Below are positions 8,246 to 16,343 of a stretch of DNA of 33,438 nucleotides, piece after piece (positions within the stretch are counted from its first letter, which is position 1; every line of letters begins with the position of its first letter). This DNA is from an uncultured Acidimicrobiia bacterium (GTDB lineage: Bacteria > Actinomycetota > Acidimicrobiia > Spongiisociales > JAENVV01), in contig CBDUEV010000031.1 of the NCBI GenBank assembly GCA_965366365.1, positions 1-33,438 of the forward strand, given 5' to 3'. The notes beneath the pieces were generated by a model. The model ran no database searches. It was not told the DNA's origin and was given only the letters and a program-made list of their open reading frames with translations. Made by a program: the position numbers and the translations under genes.

Positions 8246-9673
8246 CTACCTCAACCTCTCGCCGCGTAGGTATTGAATGAGCAAATCGAGATCGGCTTCC
8301 GAGAGCACTTGCCCGAACGCCGGCATGTAGCCTCGCCCGATCCCGTTGACGCCATAACCCACGCCCTCCTCGGAACCCTTACCCAAGAAATCCTTCATGT
8401 CGTCGGCCGTGAGGAACTGAACGTTGGCTCGGCCATCCCACAGGGCCGGTCCAAAGGCGCCGGAGCCGATAGGGGCGGTGTAGGCGGGACCTGACGAGTA
8501 GCCGGCCGTGTGGCAGCGTGCGCAATACGACTGATACAAGCCCACCGCCCGCTCGGCCTCGGCCAGGTTGCCGTCGAAGGTGGCGTCGGCGACAGCCTGG
8601 AGGTCGACGGCATAGTCCCGGTTCTCTTGGGCGGCGAGAAGGAACTCCAACCCGGCTTCCGCTTGCTCGCGCAGCACGTCGGCGCGTTCGACGGTCAGGG
8701 TGAGGCCGTTGACCTCCTCCTCGAGCTTGGCGACGGCGCCGCTGACCAGGACCAGGTCTCCTTCGCCGGTGCCGAGTGTGTCGGGGTTCTCGACGTCGGC
8801 CAAGATGGCTGCCAGCCCCGGGTAGCCCGTGGCGGCAGCCTCGGTGGTGATGGCGGTGATGGCGGCCTCGGCCGTGTCAGAAACACCGTCTTCGTCGGTG
8901 TCGATACCTTCTCCGGCGGCATCGAGCGCACTTCGACCGGATGCGGCCAGAGGTTCCAGGACGGCCAGGAAGCCTGGAGCGTCGTCGATCTCCTGCAGCA
9001 GAGCCATCTGCGCTTCGATCGAGCCTTCCACCCGTGCGTCGGCCTCGGCGAGCTCGCCGAGCGCAGCGCTCACCCGCCCGTCCACCTGGGCGAGGGCCTC
9101 CTCCTGCGAAATCTGAATCGACTTCAGATACTCGAGCACTTCGTCGATCTGCTGCTCGTTCATGGGGCCGCCGCCGTCGGTCCCCCAGGCGGGCATCGGC
9201 GAATTGGGGCGGCCGTAGACGAGCCAGAATGTGATCTCCTCGTCGTCGTACCGGTAGGTGATGTCATTGAGGGCGGGAGCCGTCCACGCGACGGTGACGC
9301 CGCTGCGCTTGTCCACATAGCCGGCGGCGCCTCCGACGAGATCCGGACCGTGACACGAAGCGCACGCGAACTCTTCCACGTGCTCCAAGCCGCGCTCCAA
9401 GCCCTCTTCCTCGAACTGATGGACGAATCCTTCCTGGCGATCGATCTCCCCGAGCCAGTACACGGGGATCGAGATGGCGAGGACAGCCGAGAGGATCACC
9501 GACACCGACAGCACTCGATCGAGGCGACGGTTCTCGAGTTCGTCGTCGGTCTTGTACGGGTCGAGGTTGGGAGCGATCTCGTTGGAGCTCCGGCCGCGCA
9601 TCCCGGAGGCGACCAGGAAGGCCAACCAGCCCAACGCGCCCAGGGCTACAACGACGATGACGATACTGCTCAT
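8246..9673 (-). CDS. Membrane-anchored diheme cytochrome c (QcrC-like) with a long acidic insertion
   Basis: N-terminal TM, two CxxCH motifs (CASCH, CARCH), and MPAWG/MPAFG Met-ligand motifs. The ATG lies 3 nt after the Rieske stop. Confidence 0.85.
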   Translation of the reverse strand: MSSIVIVVVALGALGWLAFLVASGMRGRSSNEIAPNLDPYKTDDELENRRLDRVLSVSVILSAVLAISIPVYWLGEIDRQEGFVHQFEEEGLERGLEHVEEFACASCHGPDLVGGAAGYVDKRSGVTVAWTAPALNDITYRYDDEEITFWLVYGRPNSPMPAWGTDGGGPMNEQQIDEVLEYLKSIQISQEEALAQVDGRVSAALGELAEADARVEGSIEAQMALLQEIDDAPGFLAVLEPLAASGRSALDAAGEGIDTDEDGVSDTAEAAITAITTEAAATGYPGLAAILADVENPDTLGTGEGDLVLVSGAVAKLEEEVNGLTLTVERADVLREQAEAGLEFLLAAQENRDYAVDLQAVADATFDGNLAEAERAVGLYQSYCARCHTAGYSSGPAYTAPIGSGAFGPALWDGRANVQFLTADDMKDFLGKGSEEGVGYGVNGIGRGYMPAFGQVLSEADLDLLIQYLRGERLR

Positions 9674-9676
9674 GCG

Positions 9677-10552
9677 TTATCCACCGATACAGCTCGGACC
9701 TTGGGGGTACTTCGCAGATTTCACGACGGCACGCTCTGACTCGATGACCTGGCCGGTCTTGATGATGAAACGGCCATCCCTGTCTTCAACCACGAAGCGA
9801 TCGAGATTCCGAGGGGCCGGGCCGGCTTCGTACTCTCCCGAGACGTTGTATTTGGACCCGTGGCAGGGGCACTCGAACCCCTGCGAGGCATCGCACCAGG
9901 GAACACGGCAGCCCAGGTGAACGCATTTCTGGAAGAGCGCCATCAAACCGCCCACGGCCACATTGGCTTCGCTGAATTGCGACCCGGAGAGAGCGTCATC
10001 GCCGATGGGCACGATCCAGGATTTCGCTTCCGGCCAGAACACCGGGGTGATCGATCCGTCGGCCTGGAAAATCTGATTCCGGATCTCGGTCACGTCCCCC
10101 GCATCCACGTCCGACCCGAATCCACCCTTCACGCGTGGCCAGGCAAAGGAGAAAGAAGCCAAACCGACCAGACCGAGGAAGCCGAAGAAGCTTCCGGCCA
10201 GAGCACGGGTGAAGAACATCCGGCGAGTCACGCCGGCCTCCATCGGCGACAGTTCGACGACCTGGCGCACCACCTCCGACCGGACCGCCGGGGCCGAAGG
10301 CTCACTCGGGGTTTCGGTATCCGGGGCCACCGTCTCCGCCGGCGCGACCGTGTCGGCCGATGCTTCGGTCGCCGCCCGGGCAGCGACGATCCCGGCTGGG
10401 ACTCCCTTGTCGGCCTTGCGGGCATCGCGATCGAGCGCGTCTTTCCAAGCGGCATCGCGGGTGCTTTGCCGGTAGGCGATTCCGAAGGCCGCCAAGGCGG
10501 CGAATACCGCCACGGCCCCTACGAGAAGGAAGATCAGGTTCTGCGTCGTCAT
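9677..10552 (-). CDS. Rieske [2Fe-2S] iron-sulfur subunit of the bc-type complex
   Basis: CVHLGC...CPCHGS boxes and N-terminal TM helices. ATG at 10550-10552 overlaps the upstream stop (ATGA). The ORF-track start at 10849 over-extends. Confidence 0.9.
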   Translation of the reverse strand: MTTQNLIFLLVGAVAVFAALAAFGIAYRQSTRDAAWKDALDRDARKADKGVPAGIVAARAATEASADTVAPAETVAPDTETPSEPSAPAVRSEVVRQVVELSPMEAGVTRRMFFTRALAGSFFGFLGLVGLASFSFAWPRVKGGFGSDVDAGDVTEIRNQIFQADGSITPVFWPEAKSWIVPIGDDALSGSQFSEANVAVGGLMALFQKCVHLGCRVPWCDASQGFECPCHGSKYNVSGEYEAGPAPRNLDRFVVEDRDGRFIIKTGQVIESERAVVKSAKYPQGPSCIGG

Positions 10553-11778
10553 TCGAGGTTCACCCAGTCCTTGATGTCGTCGAAGTAGATGCCGTCCGAC
10601 CATGGGTAGGTGAAGTTGAAGCCAGGACCTCGGAACAACACACCCAGGATGGTGAGCATGGCGGCCCCCATGATGAAGTACGTGTACATGAAGATGGCGA
10701 ACTTCCTGTCCGAGGGCTTGTTGGACGGATTCCGGTCGACGTAGGGAATCGCCATGAATCCGACGAGCCCCACGATGGTGGGAACCGTCACACCGGCGAT
10801 CTGCGGGTCGAAGTAGGAGAGAAGTTCCTGAAGTCCGAGGAAGTACCACGGCGCCTTGGAGGGGTTGGGGGTGGCGTTGAAATTGGCGGCTTCCAGCAGC
10901 GGCGCCTGCAGACTGACCGACATCACGATCAGAACGGCGGTCACGGCGAGGAGCACGGCGAACTCGGCGATCATGAGATGCGGCCAGGTGTTCACCTTGT
11001 CGGTGGGCTCAGCCTTGACCTGTTGAATCGCTTTCGCTTTGACGACCGTCAGCAAGCGCTGGGTGCGGACACCCTCTGGCGCGGTTTCGGCTGGAGCGGT
11101 TGGCCGGACTGCCGTGGCGACCGCCGCCCCCGCTCCACCCGCCGCCGGGGTTTCGACCGCGGAGGCCGCGGGCGCATCCTCTTGCGGGATCGGCAGGTCG
11201 ACCACCTCGGCCTCAGGTGCCGGTGGGGCCTCAGGTGCCGATGGGGCGGCCGGTTCAGGGGTTGCCGGTTCAGCATCTGCCGGTTCAGCATCTGCCGGTT
11301 CAGGGGTTGCCGGGGTTGGGGCCGCAGCGGGAGTCTCGGGTGCCTCGTCTCCGAGCATCTCTGCCAGTACTGCGGCTTCTGAGGCGCCTGTGGCTTTCGC
11401 CTTGGCCTCGACCGACCGTTGCAGCAGCGAAGCCGGCATTCCGGCGCGCTCGGCTGCGGCGGCATAGTCCACGGGACCGCCGGCCGGCGCCGGGGCAGGG
11501 GCGGCTGGCGCTGCCGGCTCCGGTGCCGGGGCCTCGGGTTCGGGAGCCTTCGGTGCCGGCGCCTCGGGTTCTGGCGCCTCGGGTTCTGGCGCGGTCGGCT
11601 CGGCGGGCGGCGCAGCTTCGGTCGATGCAGGAGTCGTCGCCTCGGTGGCCGCAGGGGCCACATCGATCGGAGGACCTTCGCCCTTCATCTCGGCGAGCAC
11701 CTGCTCGACCGGAATGCCGAGGGCTTTCGCCTTCGCTTCGGCAGACCGTCGGAGGAGATGCTCTGGGATGTCAGCCAT
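10549..11778 (-). CDS. Cytochrome b C-terminal (subunit IV / PetD-like) protein with a long N-terminal extension. The extension is two copies of a ~35-aa helical module plus Pro/Ala/Glu-rich linkers.
   Basis: C-terminal WPHLMIAEF...SKAPWYFLGLQELL...P (PEWY-type Qo motif, variant APWY). AAGGAG Shine-Dalgarno 10 nt upstream of ATG 11776-11778. Low-complexity PEPEAP repeats were seen. Confidence 0.8.
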   Translation of the reverse strand: MADIPEHLLRRSAEAKAKALGIPVEQVLAEMKGEGPPIDVAPAATEATTPASTEAAPPAEPTAPEPEAPEPEAPAPKAPEPEAPAPEPAAPAAPAPAPAGGPVDYAAAAERAGMPASLLQRSVEAKAKATGASEAAVLAEMLGDEAPETPAAAPTPATPEPADAEPADAEPATPEPAAPSAPEAPPAPEAEVVDLPIPQEDAPAASAVETPAAGGAGAAVATAVRPTAPAETAPEGVRTQRLLTVVKAKAIQQVKAEPTDKVNTWPHLMIAEFAVLLAVTAVLIVMSVSLQAPLLEAANFNATPNPSKAPWYFLGLQELLSYFDPQIAGVTVPTIVGLVGFMAIPYVDRNPSNKPSDRKFAIFMYTYFIMGAAMLTILGVLFRGPGFNFTYPWSDGIYFDDIKDWVNLE

Positions 11779-11790
11779 CGATGGTGCTCC

Positions 11791-12579
11791 TTACAGCGGC
11801 CCTGAGATGCCGCCGTCCTTGCGGACTCGCCAGAAGTGTACGGCCATGAATATGACGATGATGAACGGGAAGAAGAGGACGTGGAGGACATACCAGCGGA
11901 GGATGGTGTCGGCCGACACTTCCACCGCGCCCAGCAGCAAGAACTTCACCTGGCCGCCGAACACCGGCACGAAGCCCGCCATGTTGGTCCCCACTGTCAC
12001 GGCCCACAGGGCGAGTTGATCCCACGGGAGCAGATATCCGGTGAACGAAAGCAAGAGGGTGAGCAGGAGGAGGATCACACCCACGACCCAGTTGAACTCG
12101 CGGGGAGGCTTGTAGGCGCCGTGATAGAAGACCCGGGACATGTGCAGGAACACCGACAAGACCATGAGGTGGGCGCCCCATCGGTGCATGTTGCGCACCA
12201 GAGAACCGAAAGCCACGGCCGTGGACAGCTCTGCGGTGTCTGCGTAGGCCGCTTCCGCCGTCGGGGCGTAATAGAACATCAAGAAGATGCCGGTGATGGT
12301 CAGCAGGATGAACAAGAAGAAACTGATCCCACCCAGGCACAATGTATAGGAGAGGCGCACCCCATGTCGCTTCACCTTCACCGGATGAAGGTGATAGAGG
12401 ACGTTGTTCATGACGACATAGCTCCGGTTGCGCGGAGAGTCCGAATAGCCCTTCTTGAAAGGGGATCCTGGACGGAGAACCGACTCCATCACCTGTGAAC
12501 CATGGAGCCGACTCCACAGGTCGCTGCCGGCGGTCTTCGCCTTCTCGAGGAGGCCGGTATTTCCGTTTTCGTTCGCCAA
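11791..12579 (-). CDS. Cytochrome b6-type (split cytochrome b, N-terminal four-helix part)
   Basis: His pairs in helices B and D ([17 protein letters not shown]; [22 protein letters not shown]). TTG start with GGAG upstream; the exact start is uncertain. Confidence 0.88.
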   Translation of the reverse strand: MANENGNTGLLEKAKTAGSDLWSRLHGSQVMESVLRPGSPFKKGYSDSPRNRSYVVMNNVLYHLHPVKVKRHGVRLSYTLCLGGISFFLFILLTITGIFLMFYYAPTAEAAYADTAELSTAVAFGSLVRNMHRWGAHLMVLSVFLHMSRVFYHGAYKPPREFNWVVGVILLLLTLLLSFTGYLLPWDQLALWAVTVGTNMAGFVPVFGGQVKFLLLGAVEVSADTILRWYVLHVLFFPFIIVIFMAVHFWRVRKDGGISGPL

Positions 12580-12599
12580 GTTCTGCTCCGTCTTCCTGA

Positions 12600-13049
12600 T
12601 TACATTCGCAGACCGTAGACGTAACCGTTCTTGTGGTCACGTTGGCCTGTGTCGATTTCCCAGGGCGCAAGGCCGGAGGCGGCCGCCTCATCGGACAAGG
12701 AACCCTCGAACTTCCCCAGAGTGATGACACCCGTCGGGCACCGATCGATGCAGAGAGCGCACCTCGTGCACTCATCCTCGTCCACGAGAAAGAACCCTTT
12801 GGCGTCGGGATCTGCCGACGGGTTCGCCACCCCGTGGGCTTCCGCGATGGCGTCGAGAGAGAGGTAGTGGATACATTTCCAGGGACAGATGTCGACGCAG
12901 CCCTCACAGAGGATGCACTCGGCCTGGTCGATGTGCAGGAACTGCTTGGGTTTCACGGCCGCCGTCAGGAAGGATCCGTCAACCACCGCCAACTGATAGT
13001 CGTCACGGATGGGCGGTATCTCGAACCAGACGTCACGGGGGGCAGCCAT
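12600..13049 (-). CDS. 2x[4Fe-4S] dicluster ferredoxin-like protein
   Basis: Two CxxCxxCxxxCP motifs ([24 protein letters not shown]). The ATG abuts the stop of the upstream membrane protein. Confidence 0.85.
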   Translation of the reverse strand: MAAPRDVWFEIPPIRDDYQLAVVDGSFLTAAVKPKQFLHIDQAECILCEGCVDICPWKCIHYLSLDAIAEAHGVANPSADPDAKGFFLVDEDECTRCALCIDRCPTGVITLGKFEGSLSDEAAASGLAPWEIDTGQRDHKNGYVYGLRM

Positions 13050-13688
13050 CTACTGCTCCGGCTCCGACTTGACGACCCTGGTCAAGGGTCGGCCATACGG
13101 CGAAACCTTGGCCACCTCGGTGACCGGACCACCCTTACCGAAATCCTGAATCTTGTAGGCGAACACGATGGCGGCCCCGAGCATGACCATGTGGTATCCG
13201 CCCGAGATGGCGTCTTTGACCACGGCCAAGCTGATGCTCACTTCATTGTTGAGGACGAGCCATCGCGGCAAGGTGAAGGCTTTTTGGGGAGTCCACCCGA
13301 GCGGGCCTTGGGCCAGGTTGAGCCATTCCGACGGAATGATCCCGAAGAAGACCACCAACTCGAACCAAGCGATGAGAGACACGAAAGAGGCACGGGCCCA
13401 CGTCATCGGTTTCCCGATCACCCACAACAACAGACACGCCACCACGATGAGCTGTGAGCCGCCGATGGCCACGATCTGCCCGAGTGTCACAACCGCGAAA
13501 TGGCGAGGGATCCAGCCGAGGTAGTCTACGTCGACAGGGACATCGACCCCATCGATGAATACCGTTTCCGGGAAATTGGCGTAGTGGGCGACGACGACGC
13601 CGAGGGCAATCGCCACGAAACCAGCCAAGAACAAGGTCGCGCCGGCAACCCGTCGCTGCGATTCGGTCATGTTTGCCAGTCGGTTCAT
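13050..13688 (-). CDS. Polytopic membrane protein of unknown family, first gene of the bc-type operon
   Basis: 4-5 predicted TM segments. Start chosen at ATG 13686-13688 (MNRLANM...); the ORF track gives TTG at 13727. No recognisable motif. Confidence 0.5.
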   Translation of the reverse strand: MNRLANMTESQRRVAGATLFLAGFVAIALGVVVAHYANFPETVFIDGVDVPVDVDYLGWIPRHFAVVTLGQIVAIGGSQLIVVACLLLWVIGKPMTWARASFVSLIAWFELVVFFGIIPSEWLNLAQGPLGWTPQKAFTLPRWLVLNNEVSISLAVVKDAISGGYHMVMLGAAIVFAYKIQDFGKGGPVTEVAKVSPYGRPLTRVVKSEPEQ

Positions 13689-14062
13689 GTGCGTTCCAAC
13701 AATCCACCGTGCATGGTCGAAGGGCAACTAGCCCACTCTCAGTCCCGAGACCCGACCAGCCTGGCTGTCAGCGTGAGCCGATCGTGTTGCCCAGATTACT
13801 AGCAGATATCCTCTTCGGCTCTCAATCCCGACGCCCGCATTCAGGCTGCTTTGACGGACCGCCCGGCGCACGGCAAAAATGAGCCGACGCCATTCGATGG
13901 GTGTCCGGGGCGAGTCCGTTATGATTCGGGCGCTTCCGCGCATGGCATGTTGAGGCGGCGCCGGCCAATCGGCGAAGCAGCAAGCGGCTATGGTCCGCCG
14001 ATCGGGCGGCTCGCCGGGAGCCGTGTATGTGATCGAGGCACACGAAACCGAGGAGCGCTGGT

Positions 14063-15502
14063 TTGGCAGTGAGTGCAACAGGGACCCGGACAAGGGGGAA
14101 TGTCTCTGGCGGCGATTCTGCCGCGCGCAGCGCCATGGTCATCTCCCTGGTTTTTCTCGTCCTGGCGGCGCTTCTCTCCTTCGTCGCCTCCCTCAAGTTT
14201 GCCTTTCCCTCGTTCGCCGACGGGAGCGCCCTGCTCTCGTACGGTCGTCTCCGCCCCATGGCCATCAACGCGTCCGTCTATGGCTTCCTCACCTTCAGCA
14301 ACCTCGCCGCCGTCTACTACCTGCTGCCGAGGCTGACCGGCACCCGGCTCTGGCAGGAACGACTGGCGGGTTTGAGCGTGGCCGTCACGGCCGCAGTCAC
14401 CGCATTGGCGATCTTCTCGGTCGGCTTCGGATTCAACGAGGGACAACTCCTCACCGAGTTCCCCCTCGTCATCGACATCATCCTGCTGGTCCTGTACCTG
14501 CTCCCCCTCCTGATCACCGTGCAGACGATCCGGGCGAGAACCGAGCAAAACATGTACATCAGTCTTTGGTACGTCCTCGCCGGACTCGTCTGGCTCGTCG
14601 GTTTGACGGTGGTGGGCAACATCCCGGGATCGGGCGGCGTGGCGTCCGCGCTCCAGAACCGCTTCTTCGTTTCGGGCCTCCTCGGAGTGTGGGTCATCGG
14701 CGTCGGAGTGGGAGCCGTGTACTACGTCCTCCCCAAGGCCACCGGCAACCCCCTGTACAGTCGCAACCTCGCCATGGCAGGTTTCTGGTCGCTGGTCTTT
14801 GCTCAGCTCTGGACGGGCGGCGCGTCGTTCGTCTTCGGTCCCGCCGGTGATTGGATCGAGACCGTGTCGGTGGTCTTCGCTCTCGCCATGGTGGTCCCAG
14901 CCCTCGCCGTGCTCGCCAACTTCATCGGCACTCTCGACGGGTCGTGGGATCTCATCCGCGACCGGTCGGAACTCCGGTTCGGCATCGTGGCCGCCATCAT
15001 GAGCGTGTTCCTGGCCGGCGTCACCGGCCTCCAAGGCTTCCGCTCGATCTCGGCGGTGGTGGGATTCACGACCTTCGAAGACGGGACTCGCTACGGACTC
15101 ATCTTCGGCGTCGGATATCTGTTGGCGGCCTCCTTCCTCTATCACGCCGTGCCGCGCTCCATGGGACGGGCACTGTTCTCGGAAGGCCTCGGTCGACTTC
15201 ACCTGCGACTCACGCTGTGGGGTGTGGGCGGGGTTGTCATCCTCACCTGGCTGGCCGGTCTCGCCTCGGGTTACACCTGGCTCGGCGGCGTGACGACCGG
15301 ATCCTTCGACAGCGTCGGCACCGGTTTCATCGAAACGCTGGACAACGTGCGCTCTCTGTACGTTCTGGCGGCAATCGCCGCGGCGGTGGCACTGGCCGGG
15401 CAGCTCGCTTTCGCCACCAACGTGTACCGAACGATCACCTCCGGAGAGCCGGTGGATCGGGAGATCCTCGTGGAAGTCCAGGACGAGGAGGTGGGAGCGT
15501 GA
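14063..15502 (+). CDS. CcoN-like (cbb3-type heme-copper oxidase subunit I fold) membrane protein lacking all canonical His metal ligands
   Basis: 12-TM protein with blocks alignable to CcoN (GRLRPMAINASVYGF; YYVLPKATGNPLYSRNLAMAGFW; TLDGSWDLIRDR). Only 2 His in 479 aa. TTG start with AGGAG 7 nt upstream. Confidence 0.8.
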   Translation: MAVSATGTRTRGNVSGGDSAARSAMVISLVFLVLAALLSFVASLKFAFPSFADGSALLSYGRLRPMAINASVYGFLTFSNLAAVYYLLPRLTGTRLWQERLAGLSVAVTAAVTALAIFSVGFGFNEGQLLTEFPLVIDIILLVLYLLPLLITVQTIRARTEQNMYISLWYVLAGLVWLVGLTVVGNIPGSGGVASALQNRFFVSGLLGVWVIGVGVGAVYYVLPKATGNPLYSRNLAMAGFWSLVFAQLWTGGASFVFGPAGDWIETVSVVFALAMVVPALAVLANFIGTLDGSWDLIRDRSELRFGIVAAIMSVFLAGVTGLQGFRSISAVVGFTTFEDGTRYGLIFGVGYLLAASFLYHAVPRSMGRALFSEGLGRLHLRLTLWGVGGVVILTWLAGLASGYTWLGGVTTGSFDSVGTGFIETLDNVRSLYVLAAIAAAVALAGQLAFATNVYRTITSGEPVDREILVEVQDEEVGA

Positions 15503-16338
15503 GCGAACATTCGGCAGCCGTGGCCGCCGCGCTCGGCGTCCCCGAGGACCTCGTCATCAAGTCGGCCACGGCGCGGGCCCAGGCTTCAGGAAGCACAACG
15601 GAGGAAGTCCTGGCGGCCTGGAGCGGCGGCGGAGAGGTCCCGGCGGCCGCTCCGAGCGCCACGCCCCCCGCCACCGACGAGGCCCAGGCGGCGACCCCAC
15701 CGGCTACCGATCCCGCTCCGGCCGACATGTCCCCGGAACCCGGGGAAGCCGGCGCCGAATCACCGCTTCCTGTGGAGGGCGCCCCTGTCTCGTCACCTGG
15801 CGGATCTGGCCCGGTCACCGTCATCGATCGCCGGGCGAAGGCCGCCCCGATACTGACCGGCCGCCGCGATCGACCCCTCCTGGTACTCGCCGGCCTCGTG
15901 GCATTGTTCGTCCTCGGCGCCGTCTTTGCCGTCAGCCTGCCCGGGGCTGAGGCTCGGAACCTGGCGGCCGATCAGCTGCCCGGAACCACTCCTCAGCTCA
16001 GCGAATTGGCCCAGGAAGGTAGAGAGATCTATCTCACGGAAGGTTGCTTCTACTGCCACACCCAACTCGTACGATCGGTGGTGACCGACGTCGGGCTGGG
16101 CACGGTGACCGAACCCGGGACCGCACCCAGCCTGTCACCCGAGACGTATGGCTTCCAGCGGGTCGGACCCGATCTCACCCACGTTGGATCGCGTGAGCCG
16201 ACCAACGATGCGGCCTGGCTGCGTAGCTACCTGGAAGACCCCACGGCCGAGCGACCGGGGACGCTCCAGCCCAGCTACGCGTACCTGTCGGACAATGAGA
16301 TGGACGCACTCGTGCAGTTCCTCCTGGAATCGGAGTAG
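15499..16338 (+). CDS. CcoO-like membrane-anchored monoheme cytochrome c with an N-terminal helical module
   Basis: GTG start overlaps the CcoN-like stop (GTGA) and is preceded by GGAGG. One TM helix, then REIYLTEGCFYCHTQLVR...GPDLTHVGSR...YLSD (CcoO-like). The ORF-track entry 14851..16338 is the same frame, over-extended. Confidence 0.8.
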   Translation: MSEHSAAVAAALGVPEDLVIKSATARAQASGSTTEEVLAAWSGGGEVPAAAPSATPPATDEAQAATPPATDPAPADMSPEPGEAGAESPLPVEGAPVSSPGGSGPVTVIDRRAKAAPILTGRRDRPLLVLAGLVALFVLGAVFAVSLPGAEARNLAADQLPGTTPQLSELAQEGREIYLTEGCFYCHTQLVRSVVTDVGLGTVTEPGTAPSLSPETYGFQRVGPDLTHVGSREPTNDAAWLRSYLEDPTAERPGTLQPSYAYLSDNEMDALVQFLLESE

Positions 16339-16343
16339 GTCGA

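Noticed and set aside
14018-14036. TGTGATCGAGGCACAC as a Rex or CRP-type site upstream of the CcoN-like operon
   Set aside because: The half-site spacing and second half-site do not fit Rex (TTGTGAA-N4-TTCACAA) or CRP (TGTGA-N6-TCACA).
14851-15498. 5' 216 codons of the 495-aa ORF 14851..16338
   Set aside because: This part overlaps the CcoN-like gene in another frame. The conserved N-terminal module and the GGAGG Shine-Dalgarno support GTG 15499 as the real start.
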